Origin: an uncultured Acidimicrobiia bacterium | GTDB taxonomy: Bacteria; Actinomycetota; Acidimicrobiia; Spongiisociales; UBA5794 | Assembly: GCA_963759175.1 (NCBI GenBank) | Contig: CAVWXP010000007.1 | Coordinates: 148,844-212,843, forward strand | Length of the DNA stretch: 64,000 bases | Direction of reading: 5' to 3' | In this document: piece by piece, positions 41,993 through 52,658 of the stretch | Numbering within the stretch: position 1 is the first letter of the stretch | Layout: each line of letters opens with the position of its first letter | Made by a program: the position numbers and the translations under genes | The notes under the pieces: model-generated | Told to the model about the DNA's origin: nothing | Database searches by the model: none | What the model saw: the letters and a program-made list of their open reading frames with translations, nothing else

Positions 41993-44173
41993 ATGGTGCG
42001 CACAACGATGAGGGTCTCCATCGTGGTCGCCGCAGTGACAGCTGCCTTGACCATCGGAACAGGAACTGCTGTCGCCGGCCTCGGCTCATTCAACGACGAC
42101 GACGGCAATCCCCACGAGTCAGCCATCGAGTCAATCGCCGAGGCTGGGATCACCAAGGGCTGCAACCCCCCCGCCAACGATCGCTTCTGCCCCGACGGTG
42201 TCGTGACGCGGGGCCAGATCGCAGCATTCCTCGTCCGTGCGATCGACCTCAGGTCATAGGATCCAAGGACTTCACCGATGACAACGGATCTGTCTTCGAA
42301 GCCGACATCGAGAAGCTCGCCGCCGCAGGCATCACCAAAGGATGCAACCCACCGACCAACACCCGCTTCTGCCCCGAATCCAAGGTGACGCGGGGCCAGA
42401 TCGCAGCATTCCTCGTCCGTGCACTCGACCTCAAGTCATCAGGATCCAAGGACTTCACCGATCACACGGATCCGTCTTCGAAGCCGACATCGAGAAGCTC
42501 GCCGCCGCAGGCATCACCAAAGGATGCAATCCCCCTGCCAACACCCGCTTCTGCCCCAACGACCCTGTCACTCGAGCGCAGATGGCGACGTTCCTCATGC
42601 CGCGGTCTCGGCCTCGATCCCGTGGCCGTTGGACCGCCGCCCGGCCCACCTGCGGAAGACGATGCCGCCCTGGGGCACGGTTCCACGTCCAGCGCACGGA
42701 CACATCACCGACAGACCCCTACTTCACGACATGGGCTATTGGCCCCGATCGTTCGGCTCCGGCCTCGACATCAACCCGGTTCCCGGCAACGACAACTGGC
42801 AGGTGGATCGTGTCGACGATGCGGGAGCGTATGAGGGGTGGGATGCCCTGTCGCCTGCGAACTCGTGGGGCTTCAACTCGTACGGTCCCGACAACGATTG
42901 GATGAACTTCACGCTGAACCGCCCGGCCCGCGTCGCTGTCGTGTGGCGCGACGACGCATCACGGCCGTCGTGGCTTCGCAACGGTTGGGTCCAAGGGTCA
43001 ACCGTGCAGATCGACGGTCGATACGCACCGGTCTACGAGAGATCCTTTCCCGCCGGGCCGGTGAAACTCGGAACGGTGGAAGCGACGGGCAAGGGACGCA
43101 CCATGTACCTGATCCTCGTCGCCGAGGGCAACGGCGAACCGACACCGACGCCCCCGGTGCCTGCGGGCAAGGCGTACCCCGTTCCCGGTACGGCGTGTCC
43201 CGACTGGGTCCACGGCCGCCACACGACCGCGGGACCGGACGGTGCCACATACCAGACCTGGCACCCCCAATGGGACCCGGTGTACTGGTGCTCGTTCGGC
43301 CACGACCATGGCTCGAGTCCTTCGCTGATTCCTGGCAATCCGATGGTCCCGTATGGCTACGTCGCGGACAAGGTCCCCCAGGATGAACCCAACATGGGAT
43401 TCAAGGAGTTCATCTTCCAGGATCTGAGCAAGAAGCACTGGGTACGGTTCGTCATCCACGCGGGGACGTCGAGCGGCCGCCGTGTCTGTGCACAACTCCA
43501 CACCCTCTATGTACAGGTCTACGACAACGCCGGCAAGGAACTCATGAATGTGGGATTCAAGGCCGACTATGGCGCCGCCATTTCGACGGACGGGCCCGTT
43601 CTCACGCCATCGAACTGTGGCTACTCGATGCCAGCCCTCCGCAACGCCATCGGCGACGACCGTGAGCGTTCCATCAACGTCGGTTCCGACTCGCGCAACT
43701 ACGAACGTTGGGACTCGATGGACGACACGACCCAGACACTCAACCTCGGCTTCGGATCATTCGAGCCCTCGTTCGACATCCGCAATCCGATGTCCCACTG
43801 CACGAACCTCACGTGCAACTCCGTCGTCAAACGCGATCCGGAGTTCGACAACGCGACCCGTCGCACCATCGGCATGTCGGCATGGCGGACACCGCTGACG
43901 TTCTCCATCGCACGTGCTCTGGCAAGCGGCGAGTTCTTCACGGATCCCTACGGCAACGGCCTCGTGTCCAAGAGCGCATCGAATGCGACGCGCCAGTACA
44001 TCGATCCTGCTGTTGCTGCGGTCGACTTCCTGATCGACCCGGGGATCAACTTCATCGAATGCGTCGCTGCAGACCCGTGGACGTTCGACTACCAGTGCTT
44101 CCAGCTCGGCGACGGCGACCACCTGCCGCCGGTACCCGACATGAACATCCAGTACGCGATCAAGAACAACTGA
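41993..44173 (+). pseudogene. secreted protein with three tandem SLH-like repeats and a large C-terminal domain, disrupted by single-nt deletions
   Basis: Signal peptide MVRTTMRVSIVVAAVTAALTIGTGTAVA. There are three roughly 61 aa repeats of the form F.D..G..HE..IE.LAAAGITKGCNPP.N.RFCP...VTRGQIAAFLVRA. Repeat 1 ends in a TAG at 42257 because a base is missing (tcatagga where tcatcagga is found at the next junction). Repeats 2 and 3 are each shifted by -1. The C-terminal roughly 500 aa are in yet another frame. Confidence 0.6.
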
Positions 44174-44215
44174 ATCGCAGGAGGGGTCGAACGGCGTCGG
44201 GTGACGCGACAGGTG

Positions 44216-44290
44216 TGGAGCCGGAGGGGGGATTTGAACCCCCGACCTACGCATTACGAGTGCGTTGCTCTACCCCTGAGCTACCCCGGC
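44216..44290 (-). tRNA. tRNA-Thr (anticodon CGU) with the 3' CCA encoded
   Basis: Folded by hand: acceptor stem GCCGGGG/CTCCGGC (one G-U pair), D-arm GCUC-AGGGGUA-GAGC, anticodon arm ACGCA-CUCGUAA-UGCGU, 5-nt variable loop, T-arm GGGGG-UUCAAAU-CCCCC, discriminator U, CCA. Confidence 0.85.
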
Positions 44291-44352
44291 GTGGGAGTGG
44301 CGAGGATACCAAGCATCGCCTCCAAGCATCGTCCCCGAGGGAGTTCCGACCC

Positions 44353-45630
44353 TCATGGTGGGGCTCGGAGTCCGAGGTCGGCGCGGCCGCCCTCGTGGAC
44401 CGCGGTGTGATGCCGCCGGCACAGCAGGACCATGTTGTCGAGGGATGTCGGACCGCCATCTGCCCAATGGATCACATGGTGGGCATCGGTCCATCCGACA
44501 CCGCGACCACATCCGCGCCACACACACCCGCCATCGCGTAGGTCGAGGGCGCGGCGGATCGCCGGCGTCACCGTGCGGACGGATCGCCCGACATCGAGGG
44601 GCTGGCTGTCGGCATCCATCACGATCCGCACCACATCGGCATCGCAGGCCAACCGCCGGATGGTCTCCGGTGTGACGGATGCGTCATCGATCTCTGGCAG
44701 CCTGCCATCCGCCGCACCCGTCAGGTGATCCAGATCGACGGTGACGGCGAGGTGCGGCTTCATGCCACCTGACGTACCGACACTCGGGTCGTGGTCGAGA
44801 CCGAAGTGACAGATGTCGACGAGGGCGTCGGCCGTTCGTTGGCCATGGGTGCGGGTGTCGGTGGGATCGAGGAGCCCCGGATCAGCATGGGCTGCGAGTG
44901 CCGTGGAGACCGTGGATCCGGAGATGGGATCGAGGAGGCCCTCGAGGTGCCACATGCCGTCGAACGTCTGATGGATGCCGACCCGCCGTTGCGCCCGCTG
45001 ACGCTCGATGTCGCCGGTGACGCAATCTCCATCGACCTGCTGGCGCCAGTACCCCACTGCCCTGCGGAGATCGCGTGCATCGAGGGTGGCAGCCGCATCG
45101 GCGAAGGTCTGCTCATGAAGGGGGAACGCCTCCCGATTCCCCCTCCACGTCGAAGCGAGCAGATCGAGGCTCGCCACCGGGATGTCTCCGGCGAGCGCCC
45201 GCTCCGCCACGGCGGGCAGGGATCGCAGTGCCCGGGCCGTCGTGACCGTCCTCGAGGCCTCGGCAGGGGTCTTCCTGCAGAAGCGGCTCAGCCATTGCTT
45301 GGTGCCCAGGGCGTATCGACGCTCGGGTATCTGGCGCTCGTCGATGGCACCAACCACGTGGGCGAGCGCCGCGCCGACGGCTCGCATGTGACGCTGGAGA
45401 TCGACGGCGAGCTGTTCGAGTTCCGCGTCGCCCATCGCGCCGAGGTGATCGGGAGCAGACTCCGTGCCGAGGATGCACCCCGATGGCCGGTGATCGAGCG
45501 TTTCGGCGAGCCCGCCACCGGTCGGGTTCAGTACGTCCCACGGTTCGAGGAGTGCGGTGATGTGACCTTCCATGTATGGACGATATCTCGCGGGTATGAC
45601 ACGAAACACATGGTTGACACCAAGAACCAT
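44353..45630 (-). CDS. DUF222 (13E12 repeat-type) HNH endonuclease
   Basis: C-terminal HNH motif CVWRGCGRGVGWTDAHHVIHWADGGPTSLDNMVLLCRRHH; N-terminal DUF222-like region; adjacent to the tRNA. Confidence 0.8.
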   Translation of the reverse strand: MVLGVNHVFRVIPARYRPYMEGHITALLEPWDVLNPTGGGLAETLDHRPSGCILGTESAPDHLGAMGDAELEQLAVDLQRHMRAVGAALAHVVGAIDERQIPERRYALGTKQWLSRFCRKTPAEASRTVTTARALRSLPAVAERALAGDIPVASLDLLASTWRGNREAFPLHEQTFADAAATLDARDLRRAVGYWRQQVDGDCVTGDIERQRAQRRVGIHQTFDGMWHLEGLLDPISGSTVSTALAAHADPGLLDPTDTRTHGQRTADALVDICHFGLDHDPSVGTSGGMKPHLAVTVDLDHLTGAADGRLPEIDDASVTPETIRRLACDADVVRIVMDADSQPLDVGRSVRTVTPAIRRALDLRDGGCVWRGCGRGVGWTDAHHVIHWADGGPTSLDNMVLLCRRHHTAVHEGGRADLGLRAPP

Positions 45631-45664
45631 GAATTGCCGAGAACTCGAACCCGGCCGCCGGCGG

Positions 45665-46564
45665 TCAGGCGAACACGTCCGCCAGTGCCGCTTCGATGGT
45701 CGGCGCCGAGAACGAGAATCCGTCCGCCTCGAGAACGGTGGGCAGGACCCTCAGCGATCCGTAGGCCATCGTCGATGCCAGCTCCTTGCCGAGGCGGATG
45801 TCGACGGCGAACTTCGGCGCGGGGAAGAACGATGGGCGACCGAGTTGGGCGCCGAGCGCCTTGGCGAACTCGCGATTCGTGACGGGATTCGGCGCCACCA
45901 GGTTCACCGGGCCCGCCAGCTCGGCATCGATGCAGCGCTCGAAGGCGGCGACCGTGTCGGCGAGCGTGATCCACGACCACCATTGACTCCCGCCGCCGAT
46001 CGGACCGCCGACACCCATCTTGAACAGGGGTACCAGCGGCCTGAGCGCTTCGGATCTGCGATCGAGCACGATGCCCGTGCGTGGATGGACGACGCGGATA
46101 CCGGCATCCCTGGCCGGATCAGCCGCAGCCTCCCATTCGGCACAGACGCTCGCCAGGAAGCCGTCACCCTGTGGTGCCGATTCATCGACCGGCGTATCAC
46201 CCGTGTTGCCGTAGTACCCCATTGCAGAACCGGACACGAACAGCGGAGGTGGGTTGTCCATGGAAGCCATCGTGGACGAGAGCAACGCCGTCGGACCGGT
46301 GCGTGATTCGAGGATCACCTGCTTGCGGGCGTCGGTCCACCGCTTGTCGCCGATCCCCGCACCGTTGAGGTTCACGACGACGTCGGCTCCCTCGAGCAGG
46401 GAGGCATCGAGCACCCCGGCAGCGGGATCCCAGGTTGCGTCGGCGCCTACGCCGGTGCCACGACCGATGACGACCACGTCGTCACCTCGCTCTCTCAGGG
46501 AGCGAACCACGGCGGATCCGAGGAAGCCGGTTCCACCGGTGACGACGATCTTCTTCTCAGTCAC
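45665..46564 (-). CDS. TIGR01777/YfcH-family NAD-dependent epimerase/dehydratase
   Basis: MTEKKIVVTGGTGFLGSAVV Rossmann start; C-terminal DUF1731-like region. Confidence 0.8.
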   Translation of the reverse strand: MTEKKIVVTGGTGFLGSAVVRSLRERGDDVVVIGRGTGVGADATWDPAAGVLDASLLEGADVVVNLNGAGIGDKRWTDARKQVILESRTGPTALLSSTMASMDNPPPLFVSGSAMGYYGNTGDTPVDESAPQGDGFLASVCAEWEAAADPARDAGIRVVHPRTGIVLDRRSEALRPLVPLFKMGVGGPIGGGSQWWSWITLADTVAAFERCIDAELAGPVNLVAPNPVTNREFAKALGAQLGRPSFFPAPKFAVDIRLGKELASTMAYGSLRVLPTVLEADGFSFSAPTIEAALADVFA

Positions 46565-47297
46565 TAGGCCTCCAGGGAGCGAGTCTCATATTCACCCGTT
46601 CGTACCAATCAGCCATCATGGATGCCAGCGGGTCGACATGGTCACGATAGTCCGACCACCACATGGGGGACTCCACCCACATGCGGACAGCCGTGCGATG
46701 GAAACTCTGCGACCGGGGTGCCAGGGAGTCCTGCGTGCCATGGATCGCCACCGGCAACAACGGCGCACCGGACATCCACGCAAGCCAAGCTGCGCCCTTG
46801 CGCGGCGGGTCGACGCCCCACTCCTCGACGCGGCGGCCCTCGGGGAACATGCCGATCATGTGGCCCTCGTCGAGATGCTCGAGAGCCGTGCGCAAGGCGT
46901 GCACCGGGTAGCCGTCGCGGTCGAGGGGGATGGCACCGAAGAACCCGAGCGTCGCATCGAACGCCATCGATCGGCCGTACAGCTCATCGACCGCAAGAAA
47001 GCGGACGTAGCGGTCGAGGCTGGTGCCGATGATCGGCACATCGAGGTGGGAGAAGTGGTTCGCCGCAACGACGACCGGGCCATGCCTCGGGATGTTCTCC
47101 TTGCCGGACACCTGGAGGTCGAAGACCGCAGACGTGAGCACGTGACTCGGCAGTCGTACGGCCCGCTCGAAAGCGGTGGCGAGGCGGAGCATGCGACTAG
47201 GCATCGATGCCGAGGTCGACGAAGAGCGCCGCGAGGGCGAGCTGGGGGCGCTGGTTGGCCTGAAGCGCGGCGATGGCGTCGAGGACGCGATCGGCAT
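46557..47297 (-). CDS. plsC: 1-acyl-sn-glycerol-3-phosphate acyltransferase (PlsC family)
   Basis: HxxxxD motif ANHFSHLD and the FPEGRR motif. The N-terminal Ser/Pro-rich extension is probably not translated, so the start is likely internal. Confidence 0.8.
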   Translation of the reverse strand: MPIASSTPSPRFRPTSAPSSPSRRSSSTSASMPSRMLRLATAFERAVRLPSHVLTSAVFDLQVSGKENIPRHGPVVVAANHFSHLDVPIIGTSLDRYVRFLAVDELYGRSMAFDATLGFFGAIPLDRDGYPVHALRTALEHLDEGHMIGMFPEGRRVEEWGVDPPRKGAAWLAWMSGAPLLPVAIHGTQDSLAPRSQSFHRTAVRMWVESPMWWSDYRDHVDPLASMMADWYERVNMRLAPWRPSD

Positions 47298-48258
47298 TGC
47301 GCACCGCCGTGGCGGGCAGGATCTGGGTGAGGGAGGTCACACCCACGTCGGTGTTCTGCACCTCGGCTCCGAACTGGGCTGCGGCGACATCTCGATAGAA
47401 CGACGCCAACAGCTCGAGCCCCGTCACATACAGCGCGTCTGAGCTTCGGGCGAGTTCGCGCTGGTGCTTGTCCGTGACCATCTTGGGGACCACGTTGTCC
47501 CCGTATGACATCGCAATCTCCTCTTCCTGGCGGCGCTTCACCGCCGCCAGGAGCGGCTCGGTGGCGGTCATCACCCGACGCACAGCCAGGTAGGCGTCGC
47601 CGGGATGCCCCGTCAGCTCGTCAGGCACGCCGAGCCATGCATCGCGGAATGCAGCGACCTCCGGTTCGGTCGCGAGGGCGATGGCGAGACCGGGACGGCC
47701 GCCCGAGATTCGAGCGGCACGCGCTGCCTGGTCGGGATCGACGCCGTTGCGCACCAACCCCTCGACGATGTCGGACTCGGGGACGCGACCGAAGACCACC
47801 GTGCGGCACCGGCTCGCGACGGTCGGCGGGAGGTCGTCCTCGGACTCGGCGACGAGCACGAATCGCGTCGATCGAATCGGTTCCTCGATGGTCTTGAGCA
47901 GGGCGTTGGCGGCCTCGTCGTTGAGTAGTGAGGCCTCTTCGATGAGGAACACCTTCGTGTCGGCTTCGAGAGGCGAACGCGCCGCCGCGGAGACCACCAT
48001 GCGTGCCTGATCGACAGTGATCGAGGTGCGTCCCTCAGGTGCCACGACGATGAGGTCGGGATGCACCCCCTCGAGGGCCCGACGGGCGAGGTCATCATCG
48101 GAACCGCCGACCATCCCGGCGGCGAAGATCCTCGCGATGGAGGCCTTGCCCACATTGGATGGCCCCACGAACAGATACGCCTGGGATGGTGAGGCCAACT
48201 CGCCGACGAGCAGGTCCACGACCTGCCGGTGCCCGATGATGGCGTCGAACACGCTCAC
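47197..48258 (-). CDS. holB: DNA polymerase III subunit delta prime
   Basis: AAA-like FVGPSNVGKASIA, SRC-type motif TVASRCR; GTGA overlap with the tmk stop. The long Arg-rich N-terminal part of the track ORF is spurious. Confidence 0.8.
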   Translation of the reverse strand: MSVFDAIIGHRQVVDLLVGELASPSQAYLFVGPSNVGKASIARIFAAGMVGGSDDDLARRALEGVHPDLIVVAPEGRTSITVDQARMVVSAAARSPLEADTKVFLIEEASLLNDEAANALLKTIEEPIRSTRFVLVAESEDDLPPTVASRCRTVVFGRVPESDIVEGLVRNGVDPDQAARAARISGGRPGLAIALATEPEVAAFRDAWLGVPDELTGHPGDAYLAVRRVMTATEPLLAAVKRRQEEEIAMSYGDNVVPKMVTDKHQRELARSSDALYVTGLELLASFYRDVAAAQFGAEVQNTDVGVTSLTQILPATAVRNADRVLDAIAALQANQRPQLALAALFVDLGIDA

Positions 48259-48884
48259 GGTGTACCCACCAGATCGCCCATCACGGCATCGACGACATCG
48301 TCGAGATCCATCATGGCGTCGACGACGAGGAACCGATCCGGCTCGGCTGCGGCCAACGCGTCGAACGCGTCCACGACGGCGTCGTGGAAGTCGTCGGACT
48401 CGTCGCCGATGCGGTCGCCGCGGTCCTGCCTCCTGAGACCGACGGACCGATCCACACGCAACAGGACCACGCGGTGCGGCCACACACCACCGAGCGCGAG
48501 GTCGTTGAGTATTCGAACCTCGTCCAACGGGAGTCCGCGACCGCCTGCCTGATAGGCGAGCGATGAATAGGCGGACCGATCGGAGAGGACCCACGCACCG
48601 TCCTCGAGTGCCGGCACGACCACCTCCGACACGAGCTGGGCCCGAGCAGCTGCGAACAGGGCGGCCTCGCTCCGAGGATCCGGGTGGACATGGCCATCGA
48701 GCAGGATCGCCCGGATCGCCTCCCCCACCGGGGTCCCGCCGGGTTCACGCACGGCGACCACACGATCACCGAGGGCAGCAAGGCGCTCACGCACCATGGC
48801 GACCACGCTGCTCTTGCCGGCACCCTCGGCGCCTTCGAAGGCGATGTAGCGGGGTGGTGCGAGATGGTGCCGGTCCATGGTCAC
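48255..48884 (-). CDS. tmk: thymidylate kinase
   Basis: P-loop FEGAEGAGKSS and DRSAYSSLAYQ (LID/DRY-like region). Confidence 0.9.
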   Translation of the reverse strand: MTMDRHHLAPPRYIAFEGAEGAGKSSVVAMVRERLAALGDRVVAVREPGGTPVGEAIRAILLDGHVHPDPRSEAALFAAARAQLVSEVVVPALEDGAWVLSDRSAYSSLAYQAGGRGLPLDEVRILNDLALGGVWPHRVVLLRVDRSVGLRRQDRGDRIGDESDDFHDAVVDAFDALAAAEPDRFLVVDAMMDLDDVVDAVMGDLVGTP

Positions 48885-48943
48885 AGTGTTGCACGGGGAC
48901 CGCCGTACCTCCGACGGCCGGGGCCGTGACGACGATGCGCCCG

Positions 48944-51505
48944 TCAGGACGACTTCGACCGCTTCTCCGCGAGGCGGTCGGCGGCGTGCTCCAGGGTCAC
49001 GTTGTCGATCGTCTCCGTCTTGCGGAACGACACGTTCGTCTCACCGTCGGTCATGTACAAGCCGAAGCGCCCGTCCTTGACGACGATCTCCTTGCCCGTT
49101 GCGGGGTCGGTGCCGAGTTCCTTGAGCGGCGGCTTCGCCCCGCGGCGCTGGCGCGGCTGGGCGAGGAGCGCCAAGGCCTCATCCATTCCGACCGTGAAGA
49201 GCTCCTCCTCGGTGGCGAGGCTCCGGCTCTCCTTCCCCCACTTGATGTAGGGGCCATACCTGCCATTGAGCGCCTCGATGGGCGCACCGTCGTCGGGATG
49301 GGTACCGATCGTCCGGGGAATGGTGAGTAGCTCGAGCGCCTGCTCGAGCGTGAGATCGGCGAGGGACATCGTCTTGAACAGGGAGGCCGTCCTCGGCTTC
49401 TCCTTGCTGTCGGGATCACGTTCGCCGAGTTGCACATAGGGGCCGAACCGTCCTGCCCGTGCGAGGACGTCGAGGCCCGTCTCGGGATCCGTACCCAGGG
49501 TTCGGTCGTCGTTCGGCGCATCGAGGAGCTCGAGCGCACGTTCGAGCGTCAGCTCGTCAGGGGCGAGATCCGGTGGGACGGATGCCCGCCGTTCACCGTG
49601 TTGGAGGTAGGGACCATACTGGCCCGCCCTGGCCACGATCGGTTCACCGTCGTCACCCATGCCGATCGGGAACGAGTTGACCGCCTTGGGATCGATCTTC
49701 TCGAGGGCCTCATCGGACACGAGGGCGACGAGGCCCGGACGTCCGTTGCCGTTGTAGAACTTCTCGAGGTACGGGACCATCTCCTGGTCTCCGCTCGCGA
49801 TCGCGTCGAGGTCCGACTCCATGCGGGCCGTGAACTCGTAGTCCACGTAGTCCGTGAAGTGTTGTTCGAGGAGTCCGACGACGCTGAAGGCACGCCACGT
49901 CGGAATGAGGGCGCTCCCCTGCTTGCGGGCGTACTCACGATCGAGGATCGTCGCGATGATCGACGCATACGTCGACGGACGCCCGATACCGAGTTCCTCC
50001 AAGCGCTTGATGAGCGACGCCTCGGTGTAGCGCGCCGGCGGCTTCGTCTCGTGGTCCGTCGGGTCGAGTTCCACCACAACGACCGCATCGGCCTCCGCCA
50101 TCGGCGGAAGGTGGGTCTCCTGGTCGTCGAGCGCGGCGTCGGGGTCGTCCCGACCCTCCACATACGCACGGAGGAAGCCCGGGAACGTGATCGATCGCCC
50201 CGACGCCTGGAACAGCGCCGTCCGGCCGTCGTGGGTCTCGCCGGTGAGCTGGACCACCAGGCTCTCACCCTTGGCGTCCTTCATCTGGGAGGCGACGGTC
50301 CGCATCCAAATGAGCTCATAGACGCGCGCTTCGTCCGATGTCGGACCGAATGCGCCGGCCGCGACGTCCATGTCCTTGAATCGCTCACCCGCAGGGCGGA
50401 TGGCTTCATGGGCCTCCTGGGCGCCCTTGGCCTGCTTCCCATAGGTCCTGGGTGCCTCGGGGAGGAACGACGATCCGTAGCGGTCAGCCACGAGCGAACG
50501 GGCGGCATCGATGGCGGTCGCCGACAGGTTCGTCGAATCCGTACGCATGTACGTGATGTACCCCGCCTCGTACAAGCGCTGGGCTGCGCTCATCGTCCGG
50601 CGTGCACCGAACCTGAGCTTCCTGCCTGCCTCCTGTTGGAGTGTCGAGGTGCGGAACGGGGGATACGGCTTGCGGGTGTAGGGCTTGCGCTCGACGCTCG
50701 TCACCGCGAACTCGGATCCGCTCAGACCCTGGGCGAGGGCGACGGCGTCATCGGGCGAGAGCAACAGACGGTCCTTCGTGAGTCGACCGGAGGCATCGAA
50801 GTCGGAACCGTCGGCGACCCGCTTGCCGTCCACCCTGCGCAGGCCGGCTGGGAACTCGGTGTCGTCCTTTGCGAACACGGCCTTGAGGCTGCTGTAACGC
50901 GCAGCGACGTGCGCCATCCGCTCGCGCTCGCGCTCGACGAGGATCCGCGTCGCCGGGGACTGGACGCGACCCGCAGACAGACCCTTCTGGACCCGTCGCC
51001 ACAACACCGGTGACACCTCATAGCCGAAAAGTCGATCGAGGATGCGGCGGGTCTCTTGTGCCTGCACGAGCGGCATGTCGATGTCGCGGGGGTTGCTCGC
51101 GGCCTCCTGGATCGCCTTTTCGGTGATCTCATGGAACACCATGCGACGCACGGGCACCTTCGGTTTGAGTTCCTCCATCAGGTGCCACGCGATGGCTTCG
51201 CCCTCGCGGTCCTCATCCGTGGCGAGGTACAGCTCGTCTACCTGCTTGAGCTTCTGTTTCAACAGGCGCACCTGTTTGCGGGACGACTCGGTCACGACGT
51301 AGATCGGCGTGAATCCCTCGTCGACGTCGACACCGAACCGGGTCGTCTTCCAGAGGCCGCGCTTGGACTCGGGTAGGTCGGCCGCACGCGACGGTATGTC
51401 GCGGATGTGACCCACGGAGGACTCGACGATGTAGTCGTCCCCGAGGTACTGATTGATCGTGCGCGCCTTTGCCGGCGACTCCACGATCACGAGTTTCTTG
51501 GCCAT
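48944..51505 (-). CDS. topA: DNA topoisomerase I
   Basis: MAKKLVIVESPAKARTINQYLG (Toprim); catalytic Tyr region; C-terminal basic tail; 853 aa from the internal ATG. Confidence 0.95.
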   Translation of the reverse strand: MAKKLVIVESPAKARTINQYLGDDYIVESSVGHIRDIPSRAADLPESKRGLWKTTRFGVDVDEGFTPIYVVTESSRKQVRLLKQKLKQVDELYLATDEDREGEAIAWHLMEELKPKVPVRRMVFHEITEKAIQEAASNPRDIDMPLVQAQETRRILDRLFGYEVSPVLWRRVQKGLSAGRVQSPATRILVERERERMAHVAARYSSLKAVFAKDDTEFPAGLRRVDGKRVADGSDFDASGRLTKDRLLLSPDDAVALAQGLSGSEFAVTSVERKPYTRKPYPPFRTSTLQQEAGRKLRFGARRTMSAAQRLYEAGYITYMRTDSTNLSATAIDAARSLVADRYGSSFLPEAPRTYGKQAKGAQEAHEAIRPAGERFKDMDVAAGAFGPTSDEARVYELIWMRTVASQMKDAKGESLVVQLTGETHDGRTALFQASGRSITFPGFLRAYVEGRDDPDAALDDQETHLPPMAEADAVVVVELDPTDHETKPPARYTEASLIKRLEELGIGRPSTYASIIATILDREYARKQGSALIPTWRAFSVVGLLEQHFTDYVDYEFTARMESDLDAIASGDQEMVPYLEKFYNGNGRPGLVALVSDEALEKIDPKAVNSFPIGMGDDGEPIVARAGQYGPYLQHGERRASVPPDLAPDELTLERALELLDAPNDDRTLGTDPETGLDVLARAGRFGPYVQLGERDPDSKEKPRTASLFKTMSLADLTLEQALELLTIPRTIGTHPDDGAPIEALNGRYGPYIKWGKESRSLATEEELFTVGMDEALALLAQPRQRRGAKPPLKELGTDPATGKEIVVKDGRFGLYMTDGETNVSFRKTETIDNVTLEHAADRLAEKRSKSS

Positions 51506-51588
51506 GTTCGATGCTCTCGATGTGAGCTGACGACGTACAGGACTACGACAGGCCAGACGATCCGTCAAGGCCCTCGGCGGTCGGGACG

Positions 51589-52656
51589 CTACCCCAGATG
51601 CGGGGCGAAACCGTCGTACAGGCGCTCGATGACCCGCTCCCACGTGTATTCGGCCTCGACGAAACGGCGCCCGGCGGCACCCATCGAACGGGCTCGTACG
51701 GGGTCCGACAGCAGCACGTCGAGGCCCTCGACGATGTCATCGATATCAGACACCACGAAGCCGGTCACGCCGGGTTCGACGGTCTCGGGCGAGCCTCCGG
51801 AGTCGCCGGCGAGCACCGGGATGCCGCACGCCGAGGCCTCGAGGTAGACCAGACCGAGGCCTTCGACCTCGAGGCCTCCCCACCGCGAGCTGGTCGGCAT
51901 GCAGAACACGTCCATCGATCGGTAGAGGCCGGGGAGCTCGGCCCACGGCACATCGACGGCGAACCGTGTCGGGACCCCGAGCTCGCGTGCCCGTTCACGC
52001 AGCATCTGTTCGGTCCGGCCCTTCCCGACCAGCAGGACCGACACGTCGTGGTCCGACCTCGCGACGGCCTCGAGTAGCCGGTGTTGTCCCTTGCGGGGCA
52101 CGAACCGACTCACGCAACCGACGACGGGGGGATCGCCGAAGGGACGCTCCGGTCCGGGCGTGAACGTGTCGACCTCGACACCGGCGCCGACATGCACCAC
52201 GGGTCGACGGGTGAGTCGCCCCACGCGAGCCGCCGTGAAGCGACTGACGGCGAACCGGACGTCCGCAGCGCGCAGCATGCGCCCCAGCAGCTGGCGGCTC
52301 CCCGGGATGGCAGCCGGGATGGTCACCTCGGCACCGTGGGACAACACCCCGAAGGGCACACCGAGCGCCTCACGCAGCGCGGGTCCGAGGTGGGGCAACG
52401 GGTGTGGGGCTCCGAACAACACGGCGTCGGGCCGGAACGCGGTCGCGACGTCGGTGACCGAGGACACCAGATCCGCACCGGGGACCATGTAGGGCTTCGC
52501 GCCCCGTACGACACCGTCCTCGTCGGGATCGGCGTCGTCATCGTGTGGCGCATACACGAGGACCTCGTCCGGATAGGCATCGACGAGGTTCTTGAGGTAC
52601 ATCTGGATCCCGCCGGGCTTGGGCGGGTAATCGTTGGTGACGAGGAGCAGCCGCAT
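51589..52656 (-). CDS. GT4-family glycosyltransferase
   Basis: MRLLLVTNDYPPKPGGIQ N-terminus; C-terminal E-x7-E region (EGLGLVYLEASACGIPVLAG). Confidence 0.8.
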   Translation of the reverse strand: MRLLLVTNDYPPKPGGIQMYLKNLVDAYPDEVLVYAPHDDDADPDEDGVVRGAKPYMVPGADLVSSVTDVATAFRPDAVLFGAPHPLPHLGPALREALGVPFGVLSHGAEVTIPAAIPGSRQLLGRMLRAADVRFAVSRFTAARVGRLTRRPVVHVGAGVEVDTFTPGPERPFGDPPVVGCVSRFVPRKGQHRLLEAVARSDHDVSVLLVGKGRTEQMLRERARELGVPTRFAVDVPWAELPGLYRSMDVFCMPTSSRWGGLEVEGLGLVYLEASACGIPVLAGDSGGSPETVEPGVTGFVVSDIDDIVEGLDVLLSDPVRARSMGAAGRRFVEAEYTWERVIERLYDGFAPHLG

Positions 52657-52658
52657 AC

